In this document: one piece after another, positions 18,700 to 28,746 of the stretch
Layout: every line of letters begins with the position of its first letter
How positions within the stretch are numbered: position 1 is the first letter of the stretch
Assembly (NCBI GenBank): GCA_963724295.1
Contig: CAVRUC010000004.1
Coordinates: 1-64,000, forward strand
Length of the DNA: 64,000 nt
Reading direction: 5' to 3'
DNA from: an uncultured Chloroflexia bacterium
GTDB taxonomy: Bacteria > Chloroflexota > Chloroflexia > Thermomicrobiales > UBA6265
The notes under the pieces: model-generated
What the model saw: only the letters and a program-made list of their open reading frames with translations
What the model was told of the DNA's origin: nothing
Databases searched by the model: none
Made by a program: the position numbers and the translations under genes

Positions 18700-19619
18700 C
18701 CGGACTCGCGCCATCGCGCGTCGAGATCCAGGCTCGTCTCGAGCAGGCGCTCGCCGAGCGCGTTCCCGTCGCCGTGGCCACCGTCGTCCGCGGAGGTCAG
18801 GTCGGCGCCAAACTCTTGATCCTGCGGGAGGAGACGCTCGGCGGTCTGGGGGACGCGACGCTCGACGCCGCGGTGCAGGTTGACGCACCCGGTCTCCTGG
18901 CGCGTGAGCGGTCGGAAACGCGGCCCTATCGAGTCGCCGGCCACGATGAGCCGGTGGAAGTCTTCATCGAGACGTTTCCGCCACCGCCGACGCTCCTCAT
19001 CTTTGGCGCGGTCCACGTCGCACAGCCTCTCTCCCGCTTCGCCAAGGCGCTCGGCTTCGATGTGATCGTCTCTGACGCTCGCGCCAAGCTGGCCACCGCC
19101 GAGCGCTTCCCTGAGGCCGACCGCATCATCCAGGGCTGGCCGGACGAGACGCTGGAGCAGGTCGAGATTCTGCCCAACACGTACGTCGCTATCCTCTCCC
19201 ACGATCCCAAATTCGATGAGCCGGCACTCGTCGGCACGCTGAGCACACCCGCCGCCTACATCGGCGCCATCGGCAGCCGGAGCACGAACGAGGACCGCCG
19301 CCGCCGTCTCGCCGCGGCCGGGATGAGCCCCGAGCAAGTCGCCCGCATGCGCGCTCCCATCGGTCTCGACATCGGGGCCGCGACGCCCGAAGAGATGGCC
19401 ATCAGCATCCTGGGCGAGATCATCGCCCTCCGCCGGGGGCGTTCCGGGGGAACGTTGACGCACGCCACCGGCCGCATTCGCGGTGAAGGGGACCCCACGG
19501 ATGGGGACAGGGACCCCACGGATAGGGACAGGGACCCCGCCGACGGGGAGAGGGACCCCGCGGACGGGGACCGGAGCCCTGGGAAGCAGGACCGCGAGGG
19601 AGTCGCGGCGGCACGGTGA
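18696..19619 (+). CDS. XdhC/CoxF family protein (Rossmann-like C domain)
   Basis: LLIFGAVHVA, SHDPKFD, YIGAIGSR, APIGLDIGAATPEEMAISILGEI; ATGA overlap with the previous gene. Confidence 0.92.
   Translation: MTGLAPSRVEIQARLEQALAERVPVAVATVVRGGQVGAKLLILREETLGGLGDATLDAAVQVDAPGLLARERSETRPYRVAGHDEPVEVFIETFPPPPTLLIFGAVHVAQPLSRFAKALGFDVIVSDARAKLATAERFPEADRIIQGWPDETLEQVEILPNTYVAILSHDPKFDEPALVGTLSTPAAYIGAIGSRSTNEDRRRRLAAAGMSPEQVARMRAPIGLDIGAATPEEMAISILGEIIALRRGRSGGTLTHATGRIRGEGDPTDGDRDPTDRDRDPADGERDPADGDRSPGKQDREGVAAAR
19488..19575 (+). repeat. 21-bp coding tandem repeat, about 4 copies
   Basis: GGGACCCCACGGATGGGGACA-like units encode DPTDGDR/DPTDRDR/DPADGER/DPADGDR. Confidence 0.85.
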
Positions 19620-20284
19620 TCGCCGGCATCATCCTGGCCGCCGGGCGATCGTCGCGGCTGGGGCGTCCCAAGCAGTTGCTGCCGGTCCACGGTGAGCCGC
19701 TGATCCGGCACACCCTCCGTCGCGTGCTCGCGTCGTCATTGGATCAGGTCATTCTCGTCATCGGCCACGAGGCCGACGAAGTCCGCGCCGCGGTGGCGGG
19801 ACTTCCCGCCGAATGCGTCTTCAATCCTGACGCCGCGGCGGGCCAGAGTACGTCAGTCCGCGCCGGTCTCGCCGCGCTCTCCCCGGATGTCGAGTCCGCT
19901 GTCTTCGTCCTCGGCGATCAGCCGGGAGTGGACCCCAAGGTGATCGACGCGCTCATCGAGGCGTGGCGAGAATCAAGAGCGCCAGTCGTGGCTCCTCGCT
20001 ACGAGGAAAGAATGGGGAATCCGATCCTATTCGACCGGCGGGTCTTCCCAGAGCTGGCCTTGCTCCAAGGCGATACCGGCGCACGTCCTGTCGTCCGCGC
20101 CTATGAGGACTCCGGCGAGCTGCGGCTGGTGCCGGTCGTTGGAGCGGCGCCACCGGATGTCGATACCGAAGCCGACTACGCCGCGCTCACCGCCGCGCGG
20201 TCACCAAAGCCGCCAGCCGTTGCTCCTCGCACTGTGCACAGGGCCGGATACCCTCGGAGTGACGGGGCAGGGGGTGAAGATTAG
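19616..20284 (+). CDS. Molybdenum cofactor cytidylyltransferase (MocA-like)
   Basis: ILAAGRSSRLGRPKQLL, LGDQP, GNPILF, GDTGAR, DVDT; xdhC context. Confidence 0.88.
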   Translation: MIAGIILAAGRSSRLGRPKQLLPVHGEPLIRHTLRRVLASSLDQVILVIGHEADEVRAAVAGLPAECVFNPDAAAGQSTSVRAGLAALSPDVESAVFVLGDQPGVDPKVIDALIEAWRESRAPVVAPRYEERMGNPILFDRRVFPELALLQGDTGARPVVRAYEDSGELRLVPVVGAAPPDVDTEADYAALTAARSPKPPAVAPRTVHRAGYPRSDGAGGED

Positions 20285-21663
20285 CCCTCGAATGCGCCCT
20301 CGTCTGCCATCCGGCCGAGCACGCGACTGAACGCCTCCACAGTCTGGTCGATGTCATTGTCCGTGTGCACGACGCTCGTCATACCCCCGGAGTGGAACAG
20401 CTCGACACCCTCCAGCATCATTCCCAGGTGGAGCATCCCATTCAGCCGCCCGTGCCCGCTCTCCTTGAGAGCCTCGGCGGAGACGCCCTCTGGCACGCGC
20501 ATGTCGCTTCCAGTCTGATTCGGTACGGCCTCGCCAAGCCTGAGGTGGAAGACTGAGCTTTCACCCCAGGCATAGCCCGGCAGGCCGCGCTCGACGATCG
20601 CCGCGTTGAATCCCGACCGCAGCCGCGCCGCAAGGTCATCGCAGGTGGCTTGCACGTCCGGGTCGGCGGCCTTTTGCAGGCAGGTGATCCCCGCGGCCGA
20701 GACGACCGGGCTGGCGTTGTACGTGCCCTGATGCCGCACCTTCTTCGTTGTGTTCCACCCCGGCTCGTCCTTAAAGGCAAGCATCTGCATGATCTCGCGC
20801 TTGCCCGCCACGGCGCCGCCGGGCATGCCACCGGCCACGATCTTCGCCATCGTCGTCAGATCCGGAGTGACGCCGTAGCGCTGCTGCGCCCCACCGGGCG
20901 CCCAGCGGAAACCGGTGATCACCTCGTCGAAGATCAGGACCACTCCGTACTTCGTCGTGAGGTCGCGCGCGGCCTGAAGATAGCCTTCCTGCAGTGGAAT
21001 GGTCGCCCACGAGCCGCCGCTCGGCTCCAGGATGAGGGCGGCGACGTCACCTTGCGTCAGACGCTCCTCGAGCATCCCCAGGTCATCGGAGGGCACCACC
21101 GCGATGGTAGCCATCACCTCGGGCGGGATGCCGGGGCTGGACGACGCCTCGAACGGCGGCCTCTCGCCTTTGAGCAGATAGTCGTGCCAGCCGTGGAAAT
21201 GCCCTTCCAGCTTGAGCACCGTCGAACGGCCGGTAAACGACCGCGCCACGCGGATCGCCAGCAACGTCGACTCGGTGCCCGAGCCGGTGAACTTCACCTG
21301 CTCAGCGGAGGGCACCAGCCGGCTGACCTCCTCCGCCCAGCGCACCTCCAGCTCGTGGCCGGCGCCAAAGTGCGTGCCGCGCGGCAGCTGGGCCTGCATG
21401 GCGGCCAGGATCTCGGGATCGTTATGGCCAAACAGGAGCGAGCCGTGGCCCATCACGAAATCGATCAGGCGATTGCCGTCGACATCCCACTTGTACGCGC
21501 CATGGGCGTTGGCGATGTACGGCGGGAATGGCTTCATGTGGCGGCCATCGTGGGTGATACCGCCAGGGATGACCCGCCGCGAGCGCTCGTACATTGCCAG
21601 CGATCCCGCGAAGCGCTCGGCAAAATCTTGATCGATGGTGGTCGTAGCAGGAGCTTGGGCCAT
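20281..21663 (-). CDS. Class III PLP aminotransferase (GSA-aminomutase-like)
   Basis: WDVDGNRLIDF, SGTES, FHGWHD, LIFDEVITGFR, PDLTTMAKIVAGGMP. Confidence 0.92.
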   Translation of the reverse strand: MAQAPATTTIDQDFAERFAGSLAMYERSRRVIPGGITHDGRHMKPFPPYIANAHGAYKWDVDGNRLIDFVMGHGSLLFGHNDPEILAAMQAQLPRGTHFGAGHELEVRWAEEVSRLVPSAEQVKFTGSGTESTLLAIRVARSFTGRSTVLKLEGHFHGWHDYLLKGERPPFEASSSPGIPPEVMATIAVVPSDDLGMLEERLTQGDVAALILEPSGGSWATIPLQEGYLQAARDLTTKYGVVLIFDEVITGFRWAPGGAQQRYGVTPDLTTMAKIVAGGMPGGAVAGKREIMQMLAFKDEPGWNTTKKVRHQGTYNASPVVSAAGITCLQKAADPDVQATCDDLAARLRSGFNAAIVERGLPGYAWGESSVFHLRLGEAVPNQTGSDMRVPEGVSAEALKESGHGRLNGMLHLGMMLEGVELFHSGGMTSVVHTDNDIDQTVEAFSRVLGRMADEGAFEG

Positions 21664-21859
21664 GAATACTCGTCCTCCGGGAATCCACGCGGTAGGTGCG
21701 CCTGACCGCACTATACGTGCCGTCTGAAGGGTCGTAAAGCAGTGACGGTCACGGTCGGCCCGCAAGGCGGGCGACGCCTGCGTCGCCCCTACTGTTCCTT
21801 GCCGTCTCGCCGTCTTGCCGTCAACGTCCGACGTCCGACTCCCGACCTCCGACTCGCTC

Positions 21860-23812
21860 TTAGAGCTCCATGACCATCGGCAGAATCATCGGCCGCTGCT
21901 TCGTCTTCCGGAATAACGATCGGGCGGTGATCCCTTTGGCCTGCGACACCAGGTAGCCGACCTCCGGCTCCCCGTCCGGACGTCGCTCCAACCATCGCTT
22001 CAATTCCTGCTCCGCCTGCCGGATCGGACCCGCCAGCGCCTCCATACTCAACCCCTTGGTCACGAACTCGGGACCGGCAATCAGCTTGCCGCTCTCGGCG
22101 TCGACGATGATCGTGATCGTGACCAGCCCGTCCGATGTGAGGTCGTCTCGGGTTCGCAGTCGGATCTGTCCGGGTTCGAAATCCCCAAGGCGATCGACGA
22201 ATACCGATCCAGAGGCGGTGCGACCGCGCACTGCTCCCTTGCCGCCTTCAAAGTCGACGATGCTCCCGATCTCCGTCATCAGGATGCGCTCGTCCGGAAT
22301 ACCGGTCGAGCGGGCAAGATCGCGGTAGAGCGCCATATGCCGGTACTCGCCGTGGATCGGCACGGCGTGTACCGGTCGCACGAGCTCCAGCATCTTCTTC
22401 AGCTCATCGCGGGCCGCGTGACCGGAAACGTGGACCCGGCCCTCGGTCCCGCTGAACACGACGTTCGCGCCGCGCCGGAAGAGATTGTCGATCGTCTCGG
22501 AGACGGTCTCCTCGTTGCCAGGCACCGGGGTGGCAGAGATCATGACCACGTCGCGAGCGCCAATGTGAATCTTCTGGTGCTCGTCCGCGGCGATGCGGGC
22601 CAGCGCGGCCGATGCCTCGCCCTGGCTACCCGTCACGACGAGCACCCGCTGCTCCGGAGCGAGTCGCAGCACGTCGTTGAGCGGCAGCAGCACCCCTTCC
22701 GGCGGATCGAGGTAGCCGAGCTGCAGGGCCGTACGGACATTCTGCTCCATCGAGCGTCCGGCGACCGCGACTTTCTTGCCGTACTTCTCGGCGGCCTTCA
22801 GCACCATGTAAACCCGGCTGATGTTGGAGGCGAATGTCGCGACCAAGGTTTGACCCTTGGCATCGCGGATTACCCGATCGAGGGTCTCCATCACCACGCG
22901 CTCTGACGGCGTGTGCCCCGGTGTCTCCACCCGGGTCGTGTCGGAAAAGAGTGCCAGAACGCCCTGATCGCCAAGCTCCCGCAAACGCGCTTCGTCGGTG
23001 GGGGCGCCCATCACGGGCGTTGGGTCGAATTTGAAGTCGCCGGTGTTGATGATCGTCCCGGCCGGGCTGTGAACCGCGATCGCGTACGAGGCCGGGATGG
23101 TGTGCGTCACGTTGATGAACTCGAGCTCGAGCTCGCCGAGACGGACGCGTGCGCGTGGCTCCATCGCATGGAGCTCGACCTTTTCGTCGAGTCTGGCCTC
23201 GCGCAGCTTGTTGTCGGCGAATCCCATCGCCAGCGGAGAACCATAAACCGGGATCTTCCCGATCCCGTCCAGCTGCGGAATGATGTAGGGCAGCGCTCCG
23301 ATGTGATCCTCATGGCCATGCGTAATGGCGATGCCCCGCAGCTTCGACAATCGGTTCTTGACGTAGCGGATATCGGGGATGATCAGGTCGATGCCGCGCT
23401 CCCATTCCTCGGGGAACTTACCGCCGGCGTCGATGATGACCATGTCGTCCCCGTACTCGACGGCCATCATGCTCTTGCCGATCTCGCCGATTCCTCCCAG
23501 CGGGACCACCCGCAGCCGGCCGTCTGCTCCTTCGCCGGCACGCTGCTGAGCGCCGGGTCGCCCGCTTCGCGGGTGTTGTGGCGCGGACGGAGTGTGGCCC
23601 GTCCGGCCACTTCGTGAGCGAGAGGGTCCCTGGGAGTCCCGCTGCGGTCGCCGCCCTGGTCGCGGCCGGGGAGGCCGCTGCCCGGGCGTGCGGGAGGATT
23701 CAGACTGATCGCCGCGTTGTTTTCCATCCCGGTCAGATGGATCTCGTGCCCCCGCCTGCCGCGATCCTCCCTGGTTTGATCTCGATTCAGCGTAGCGTCG
23801 TGATTTCGTCAC
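21860..23812 (-). CDS. rnj: Ribonuclease J
   Basis: PLGGIGEIGK, THGHEDHIGA, TGDFKFD, GSQGE, HVSGHA, PIHGEYRH. Confidence 0.95.
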   Translation of the reverse strand: MTKSRRYAESRSNQGGSRQAGARDPSDRDGKQRGDQSESSRTPGQRPPRPRPGRRPQRDSQGPSRSRSGRTGHTPSAPQHPRSGRPGAQQRAGEGADGRLRVVPLGGIGEIGKSMMAVEYGDDMVIIDAGGKFPEEWERGIDLIIPDIRYVKNRLSKLRGIAITHGHEDHIGALPYIIPQLDGIGKIPVYGSPLAMGFADNKLREARLDEKVELHAMEPRARVRLGELELEFINVTHTIPASYAIAVHSPAGTIINTGDFKFDPTPVMGAPTDEARLRELGDQGVLALFSDTTRVETPGHTPSERVVMETLDRVIRDAKGQTLVATFASNISRVYMVLKAAEKYGKKVAVAGRSMEQNVRTALQLGYLDPPEGVLLPLNDVLRLAPEQRVLVVTGSQGEASAALARIAADEHQKIHIGARDVVMISATPVPGNEETVSETIDNLFRRGANVVFSGTEGRVHVSGHAARDELKKMLELVRPVHAVPIHGEYRHMALYRDLARSTGIPDERILMTEIGSIVDFEGGKGAVRGRTASGSVFVDRLGDFEPGQIRLRTRDDLTSDGLVTITIIVDAESGKLIAGPEFVTKGLSMEALAGPIRQAEQELKRWLERRPDGEPEVGYLVSQAKGITARSLFRKTKQRPMILPMVMEL

Positions 23813-23878
23813 TTAATACCTTTCCCTGGACGCTGGACGCGCCGCGCTCCGGTCGCCTCAGCAGTCGTCAGCTCACAT

Positions 23879-24865
23879 TCATTGACCAAAAATAGGGTCC
23901 GGCCGCGTGTGGGGCGGTTCCGCCGGTTCAACATGTACGATGGCCTGGGTGTCCGGGCCTACCTGGTTGCGAATTGCGCTTTCCACCTCGGTTGCCACTT
24001 CATGCGCTTGCTTCACGGTAAGCTGCGGGTCAACCGTCACGTGAACATCGACCCAGTTGCGTCCGCCCGAGGACCGCACCCGCAGGTTGTGCGCGGTAAT
24101 AGCGCCTGGGGCCGCCAGGATCGCCGCCAGCAACGGTCTGGCCTCCACGTCCGTCGCGGCATCGGTTAGCACAAGCGATGCCTCGCGCAGGATTCCCCAG
24201 GCCGTCAGCGCTACCATGCCGGCGACGACCAGGGAGACCGCGGCATCCGCGCCACGCAAGCCGATGCGCTCTCCGATCAGGCCCAGAATGACCGCCGCCG
24301 ACACGAGCACGTCCGATCCCGTGTGGCGGGCGTCCGCTGCCAGCAAATCGCTGCGCAGCCTGCCCGCCTCGCGGCGCTCCCAGAGCGTCACACCGGCGTT
24401 GACCGCCATCGTACCGAGCATCACCGCGAACGAAAGCCGCGTTACCTGCGGTGTTTCCCCCGCCTGCCAGCGGCCGATGGCCGATTGGACGATCTCGAGC
24501 ACACCAACCGCCATCAGAGCGCCGATGGCCATCGAGGCCAGCGTCTCGTATCGTTCGTGGCCGAAATGGTGCTCCCGGTCAGGCGGTCGAGCCGCCACGA
24601 CGATGCCAATGATGCCAACCACGTTCGCGAATCCGTCGAGGAGCGAGTGGAAGCCGTCGGCGGACATCGCCACCGAACCGCTGAAGAATCCGTAACCGAG
24701 TTTTGCTCCGGCCACGGCGAGATTCAGCGCCAGCACCACCGAGAGGATGTTTCGGATCTGCTTGCCGCGTCCGGAGGATTCGCGGCCCGCATCAGCCCCG
24801 GATATCAGGGGCGACCATTCCTCCGTCTCGTGGGACACCGGTGCCCCCGACGTCGTCGGTCTCAC
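23879..24865 (-). CDS. Cation diffusion facilitator transporter (start uncertain)
   Basis: SVAMSADGFHSLLD, PPDREHHFGHERYE, ADARHTGSD, C-terminal HVEP. Confidence 0.92.
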   Translation of the reverse strand: MRPTTSGAPVSHETEEWSPLISGADAGRESSGRGKQIRNILSVVLALNLAVAGAKLGYGFFSGSVAMSADGFHSLLDGFANVVGIIGIVVAARPPDREHHFGHERYETLASMAIGALMAVGVLEIVQSAIGRWQAGETPQVTRLSFAVMLGTMAVNAGVTLWERREAGRLRSDLLAADARHTGSDVLVSAAVILGLIGERIGLRGADAAVSLVVAGMVALTAWGILREASLVLTDAATDVEARPLLAAILAAPGAITAHNLRVRSSGGRNWVDVHVTVDPQLTVKQAHEVATEVESAIRNQVGPDTQAIVHVEPAEPPHTRPDPIFGQ

Positions 24866-24968
24866 GTCATAAGTGTAGCTGTATGGCGTCCGAAACCTCC
24901 CCGAGGCGCCCGGGAATCCCGCGCTCGGGCGCACAGCGATCGATCATCTGCTTGTCCTCATCCACCGG

Positions 24969-25145
24969 TCACCAGCCGCCGGTGAACCATCTGATCGCAA
25001 GGGCCACAAGCACCAGCAGGATCACCAACACAACACACCCCAGCCCCAGCGTGCTGCCAGTGCCAACCGTGGATGAGACCGCGGGATCTGGCCGCACCAG
25101 CCGCTGCCCGTCAGCTCCATCATCTGGATCGGGATCAGGCTCCAT
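24969..25145 (-). CDS. Small single-pass membrane protein (58 aa), not in the ORF track
   Basis: MEPDPDPDDGADGQRLVRPDPAVSSTVGTGSTLGLGCVVLVILLVLVALAIRWFTGGW; fills the gap between co-oriented genes. Confidence 0.55.
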   Translation of the reverse strand: MEPDPDPDDGADGQRLVRPDPAVSSTVGTGSTLGLGCVVLVILLVLVALAIRWFTGGW

Positions 25146-25163
25146 GTCGCGCCGGAGCAGGCA

Positions 25164-26150
25164 TCACGGTTCAACCGCGGGAGGGCCTCCAGGCATCGTT
25201 GGCCCGAAGAGGAAGAACGTGTCAAAAAGCCAGGTGCCATTCTCGAAAGCGAAGTCGATCCGTTGTGGGATGGGATCCCCTCCCAACGTCACCTCCACAT
25301 AGGCCCAGGCATGCTCAGAGTCGATGAGGTTGACCGGGCCAATCCGTTCGAACGAGAGCGGGGTTGCCATGAACAGGCGCAGCTGGCGAACGAATTCGTC
25401 GATTGGCCCGACGAAGCTAATCTCCTCGACCACCTGACTACTATGCAGCGCGAGGAAGCGGGTCGGATCCCCGGTGGCCCAGCAGCCATTCGCCTGGCGC
25501 AACAGGCTGTCGATCGCCTCTTCCGCATCAGCGCCCTCGCTCAGACCCTCCTGCGCCGCGACGCCAGTGCCGATCTCCTCCGTGGTGACGGGCGTTGCCT
25601 GGGCCTCCGGCGCCAGACCTGTGGCAAAGGGATCGACAAGCGATAGCGGCGAGACCGCGCACGCTTCGAACCCACCCAGCGGGCGCGTGGTGAGCAGCGT
25701 CAGCCGCTCGACGCAGGAGTCGGTGATGGGAGTCAAGGTCAGCCGATCGTCGGTCTGCTGCCAGGCGTACGTCGCCGGTTCTCCACCGTCGGCCGTGATG
25801 TCGCACCCGACCAGACCGCTCCATTCGTTGAATGTCAACGTCGCTTCGGCAGCCTCGAAGCTGCCAGTCACGACCTCTCCCACATCCTGCCGTGCCAGGC
25901 TGAAGCTCCCGTCACCGCTGAAGGTCACGTTCCACAGGCCGGCGAGCGCGGGTCCGCCGGCCAGGTTCGGCGGGATATCGCCTCTGGCGATCGTGACAGT
26001 GAACACTCCGGAGAGCGGCTGCGATTCCTGGTCGTCTTGAAAGAGCGCAAGAACCGGCATCACGAGCGCCACTGTCGTCAGCAGCGAGAACAGCGCAGCA
26101 ATCGCCGCCGCGCGCGGCGATAGCGGCCGAAAATCGGTCCTGCGCGTCAT
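25164..26150 (-). CDS. Hypothetical exported protein
   Basis: N-terminal basic and hydrophobic signal/anchor, acidic body, possible NTF2-like C-terminus. Confidence 0.7.
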   Translation of the reverse strand: MTRRTDFRPLSPRAAAIAALFSLLTTVALVMPVLALFQDDQESQPLSGVFTVTIARGDIPPNLAGGPALAGLWNVTFSGDGSFSLARQDVGEVVTGSFEAAEATLTFNEWSGLVGCDITADGGEPATYAWQQTDDRLTLTPITDSCVERLTLLTTRPLGGFEACAVSPLSLVDPFATGLAPEAQATPVTTEEIGTGVAAQEGLSEGADAEEAIDSLLRQANGCWATGDPTRFLALHSSQVVEEISFVGPIDEFVRQLRLFMATPLSFERIGPVNLIDSEHAWAYVEVTLGGDPIPQRIDFAFENGTWLFDTFFLFGPTMPGGPPAVEP

Positions 26151-26402
26151 GATGGGCAACTCCTGACGGTGTGGCCGGCCGAGAACCGCCGATTTACGGC
26201 GGCTGAAAACGCGGGCGGGCGATGCCAATACGCAGATTAGACGGCAGCCAGGACACGTTCGGCAAGCACGATCGATTACGGGCCACGCGAATCGGTGCGA
26301 CCGTGGCCTTGCCACTGACCGTGGTACCCTCACCGAAAAGGCACGAGATGACAACATCGCGCGGTCTCGAGTCCATCGCGTCTCCGCTAACCAGGGGAAC
26401 CC

Positions 26403-28703
26403 ATGACCATCGCCCGATCACACACGCATCTGCGCCGTGACAGTCACCGACGTCTCGGCGCGCGAGCCCTCGGGCTGCTCGTCATCGCGGCCGTGTTCGT
26501 CGCCATTGCTCCCCCACCGGGCGGCCAGGCTGAGGAGGAAGGGGGAGCGATCCCGGTCGGCGAGTTCCGGCTGCTGCAGCCGGTCGAGAACATACTGAGC
26601 GCCTCGTCCTGGGTCATGGCCACAGGCCAGGATCCTCGGCTGCTCGACATCCCGACCGGCGGTGAGGCCCGCAGCGTTGACTGGACCGGGTACGGGGTGG
26701 TGCCCGGCGGCTCGGTAAGCGGGAGCGCGATGGCGCCCCAGGTACCGTTTCGATCCGCCGCTCCCGCGTTCAGCCGCAACCAGCTCTTGACCCGACAGAT
26801 CGGGTTGTTCCCACTCAACACCGAGCCGCACATCGCGGTCAATCCGCTCGATCCGGAGCACCTGGTGGTCGGCGTCATCGACTACAACTTCCCATCGATG
26901 TCGTCGTACGTGTCTTTTGACGGTGGTGAAACCTGGGAAGGTCCCAACCAACTGCGGTACTTCCCGGAAGATTTCAGCGCCGCGGGTGATCCGGTGGTGG
27001 CCTTCGACCGGGATGGCAACGTCTATATGGCCTCGATCTCGCTCGGGTTGGAAGAGTTCCGGCTCGGCGGCCTGGTGTCCGCGACCGAGATCTCAAGCAT
27101 CGTGGTCTCCAAGTCCGAGGACGACGGTCTGACCTGGAGCGATGCCGTCTCCACCGCGCGCTCGACGGTGGAAACCACCTCGTTCCCTGACGAATCGGGT
27201 CGGGAACGGGGTGAGGTGGCGGCCGACTTTCTGGATAAACCGTGGATGGCCATCGGCCCGGATCCGGACGATCCCGAGCGGGACATCATCTACATCGCAT
27301 ACACCGAGTTCAAGACGCGATTCACCACGATTTACGCGGACGAACTGCCATTTCTCACATCGCCGATCACCGAGACGACGATCCGTGTGGTGCGCTCCAG
27401 CGACGGCGGGGCCACCTGGAGTGACCCGATCGGGGTGAGCCCGACCGTCTTTCAGGCGGAAGGGGCCAGCGAAGATGGCGGAGAAGGGGCGGCCGCCGCC
27501 GACGCCCAGACCGACGACGGCGAGATCAACCAGCAGGCGCAGCAGGAAGGCGAGGCCGCTGGCGCCGAGGCCGATCAAACCGTCCAGGGACCGCAACCCG
27601 CGGTCATGGCGGACGGCACCGTCGTTGTTGCCTACCTCGACACGACGCTCGACGGCGTCCAGGAAGGGCTGGCCACGGTCATGGTGACGCTGTCGGAAGA
27701 CGGCGGTCGCACCTTTGAGGAGCCGGTTCAGGCCGGCGTCTTCCGTGAGATCCACTTCCGGCCCCGCAATTCGTTCTTTCGGTGGTGGGGCGCCGCGTTC
27801 CCGCAGGTCACCGTCGGACCGGATGATGAGATCTACGTCGCGATCACCGCGAAGCCAGGTGACAAGCCGACTGATGATGGCGATATCTACCTGCTGCGGT
27901 CGCTCGACAAGGGTCAGAATTGGGAGGCGCCGGTGCGCGTTAATGCCGACGACACCGATCGTATCCAGTTCTTCCCCGCGATCGACGTCGCGCCAGACGG
28001 CAACCTGCATGCGATGTGGGGGGACATGCGCGACGATCCTCAAGAGGCGCGCTTTCACATCTACTACTCCGAGTCGGAGGACCAGGGTGCGACCTGGGGA
28101 TTCGTCGACGAACAGAGTGGTCTCAACGTCCCGGACACGCGGGTCACCGACTTCCCATCGAATTCGCTGCGAGGTTTTCCCGGTGGGCGGTTCCTGGGAG
28201 ACTACTTCGGTCTGGCGGCGTCCGAGGAAGATGTCTATCTCGTCTGGGCCGACACCCGGCTCGGCGAGTTCGCGGGTCCCAACCAGCAGATTGGTTTCGC
28301 CCGCAAGCGCGCTATTGCTCCCCCGTCGCTCTTTCTCAACCCGCCCAGTGGCGACGCAGGGCGTGATGTGGCCATCCAGGGCTTCGGCTTCCAACCCGAC
28401 TCCGAGATCACGATCGACGTCGGTGGGATTACCATCACCAATCTCCGCTCCAACGAACGGGGCGAGTTTCAGACCAATGTCTACATGCCAGTCACCGGAG
28501 AAGGCGCGCGCAACGTGACCGCCTACGACGAAACGGGAAACGTGGCGACCGCGTCGTTCTTTACCGAGTTCGGGTTCGATTCGATCGCTCGGGAGCTCGA
28601 GAACATCAACGACGACTTTGGCGCCGGCGCGGCGACCCCCGTGGCCGGGGCAACGCCAGTAGCAGGGGCAAGCCCCGTGGCGGGGACGAACGAACTTCCG
28701 TGA
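26403..28703 (+). CDS. Secreted sialidase-like (BNR/Asp-box) beta-propeller protein with C-terminal Ig-like domain
   Basis: Asp-boxes SFDGGETW, SEDDGLTW, SSDGGATW, SEDGGRTF, SLDKGQNW, SEDQGATW; GDY motif. Confidence 0.85.
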   Translation: MTIARSHTHLRRDSHRRLGARALGLLVIAAVFVAIAPPPGGQAEEEGGAIPVGEFRLLQPVENILSASSWVMATGQDPRLLDIPTGGEARSVDWTGYGVVPGGSVSGSAMAPQVPFRSAAPAFSRNQLLTRQIGLFPLNTEPHIAVNPLDPEHLVVGVIDYNFPSMSSYVSFDGGETWEGPNQLRYFPEDFSAAGDPVVAFDRDGNVYMASISLGLEEFRLGGLVSATEISSIVVSKSEDDGLTWSDAVSTARSTVETTSFPDESGRERGEVAADFLDKPWMAIGPDPDDPERDIIYIAYTEFKTRFTTIYADELPFLTSPITETTIRVVRSSDGGATWSDPIGVSPTVFQAEGASEDGGEGAAAADAQTDDGEINQQAQQEGEAAGAEADQTVQGPQPAVMADGTVVVAYLDTTLDGVQEGLATVMVTLSEDGGRTFEEPVQAGVFREIHFRPRNSFFRWWGAAFPQVTVGPDDEIYVAITAKPGDKPTDDGDIYLLRSLDKGQNWEAPVRVNADDTDRIQFFPAIDVAPDGNLHAMWGDMRDDPQEARFHIYYSESEDQGATWGFVDEQSGLNVPDTRVTDFPSNSLRGFPGGRFLGDYFGLAASEEDVYLVWADTRLGEFAGPNQQIGFARKRAIAPPSLFLNPPSGDAGRDVAIQGFGFQPDSEITIDVGGITITNLRSNERGEFQTNVYMPVTGEGARNVTAYDETGNVATASFFTEFGFDSIARELENINDDFGAGAATPVAGATPVAGASPVAGTNELP

Positions 28704-28746
28704 GCTGAACCAGGGGCGCCGCGGCCGCGCCGTCGGAGGTCCAACC

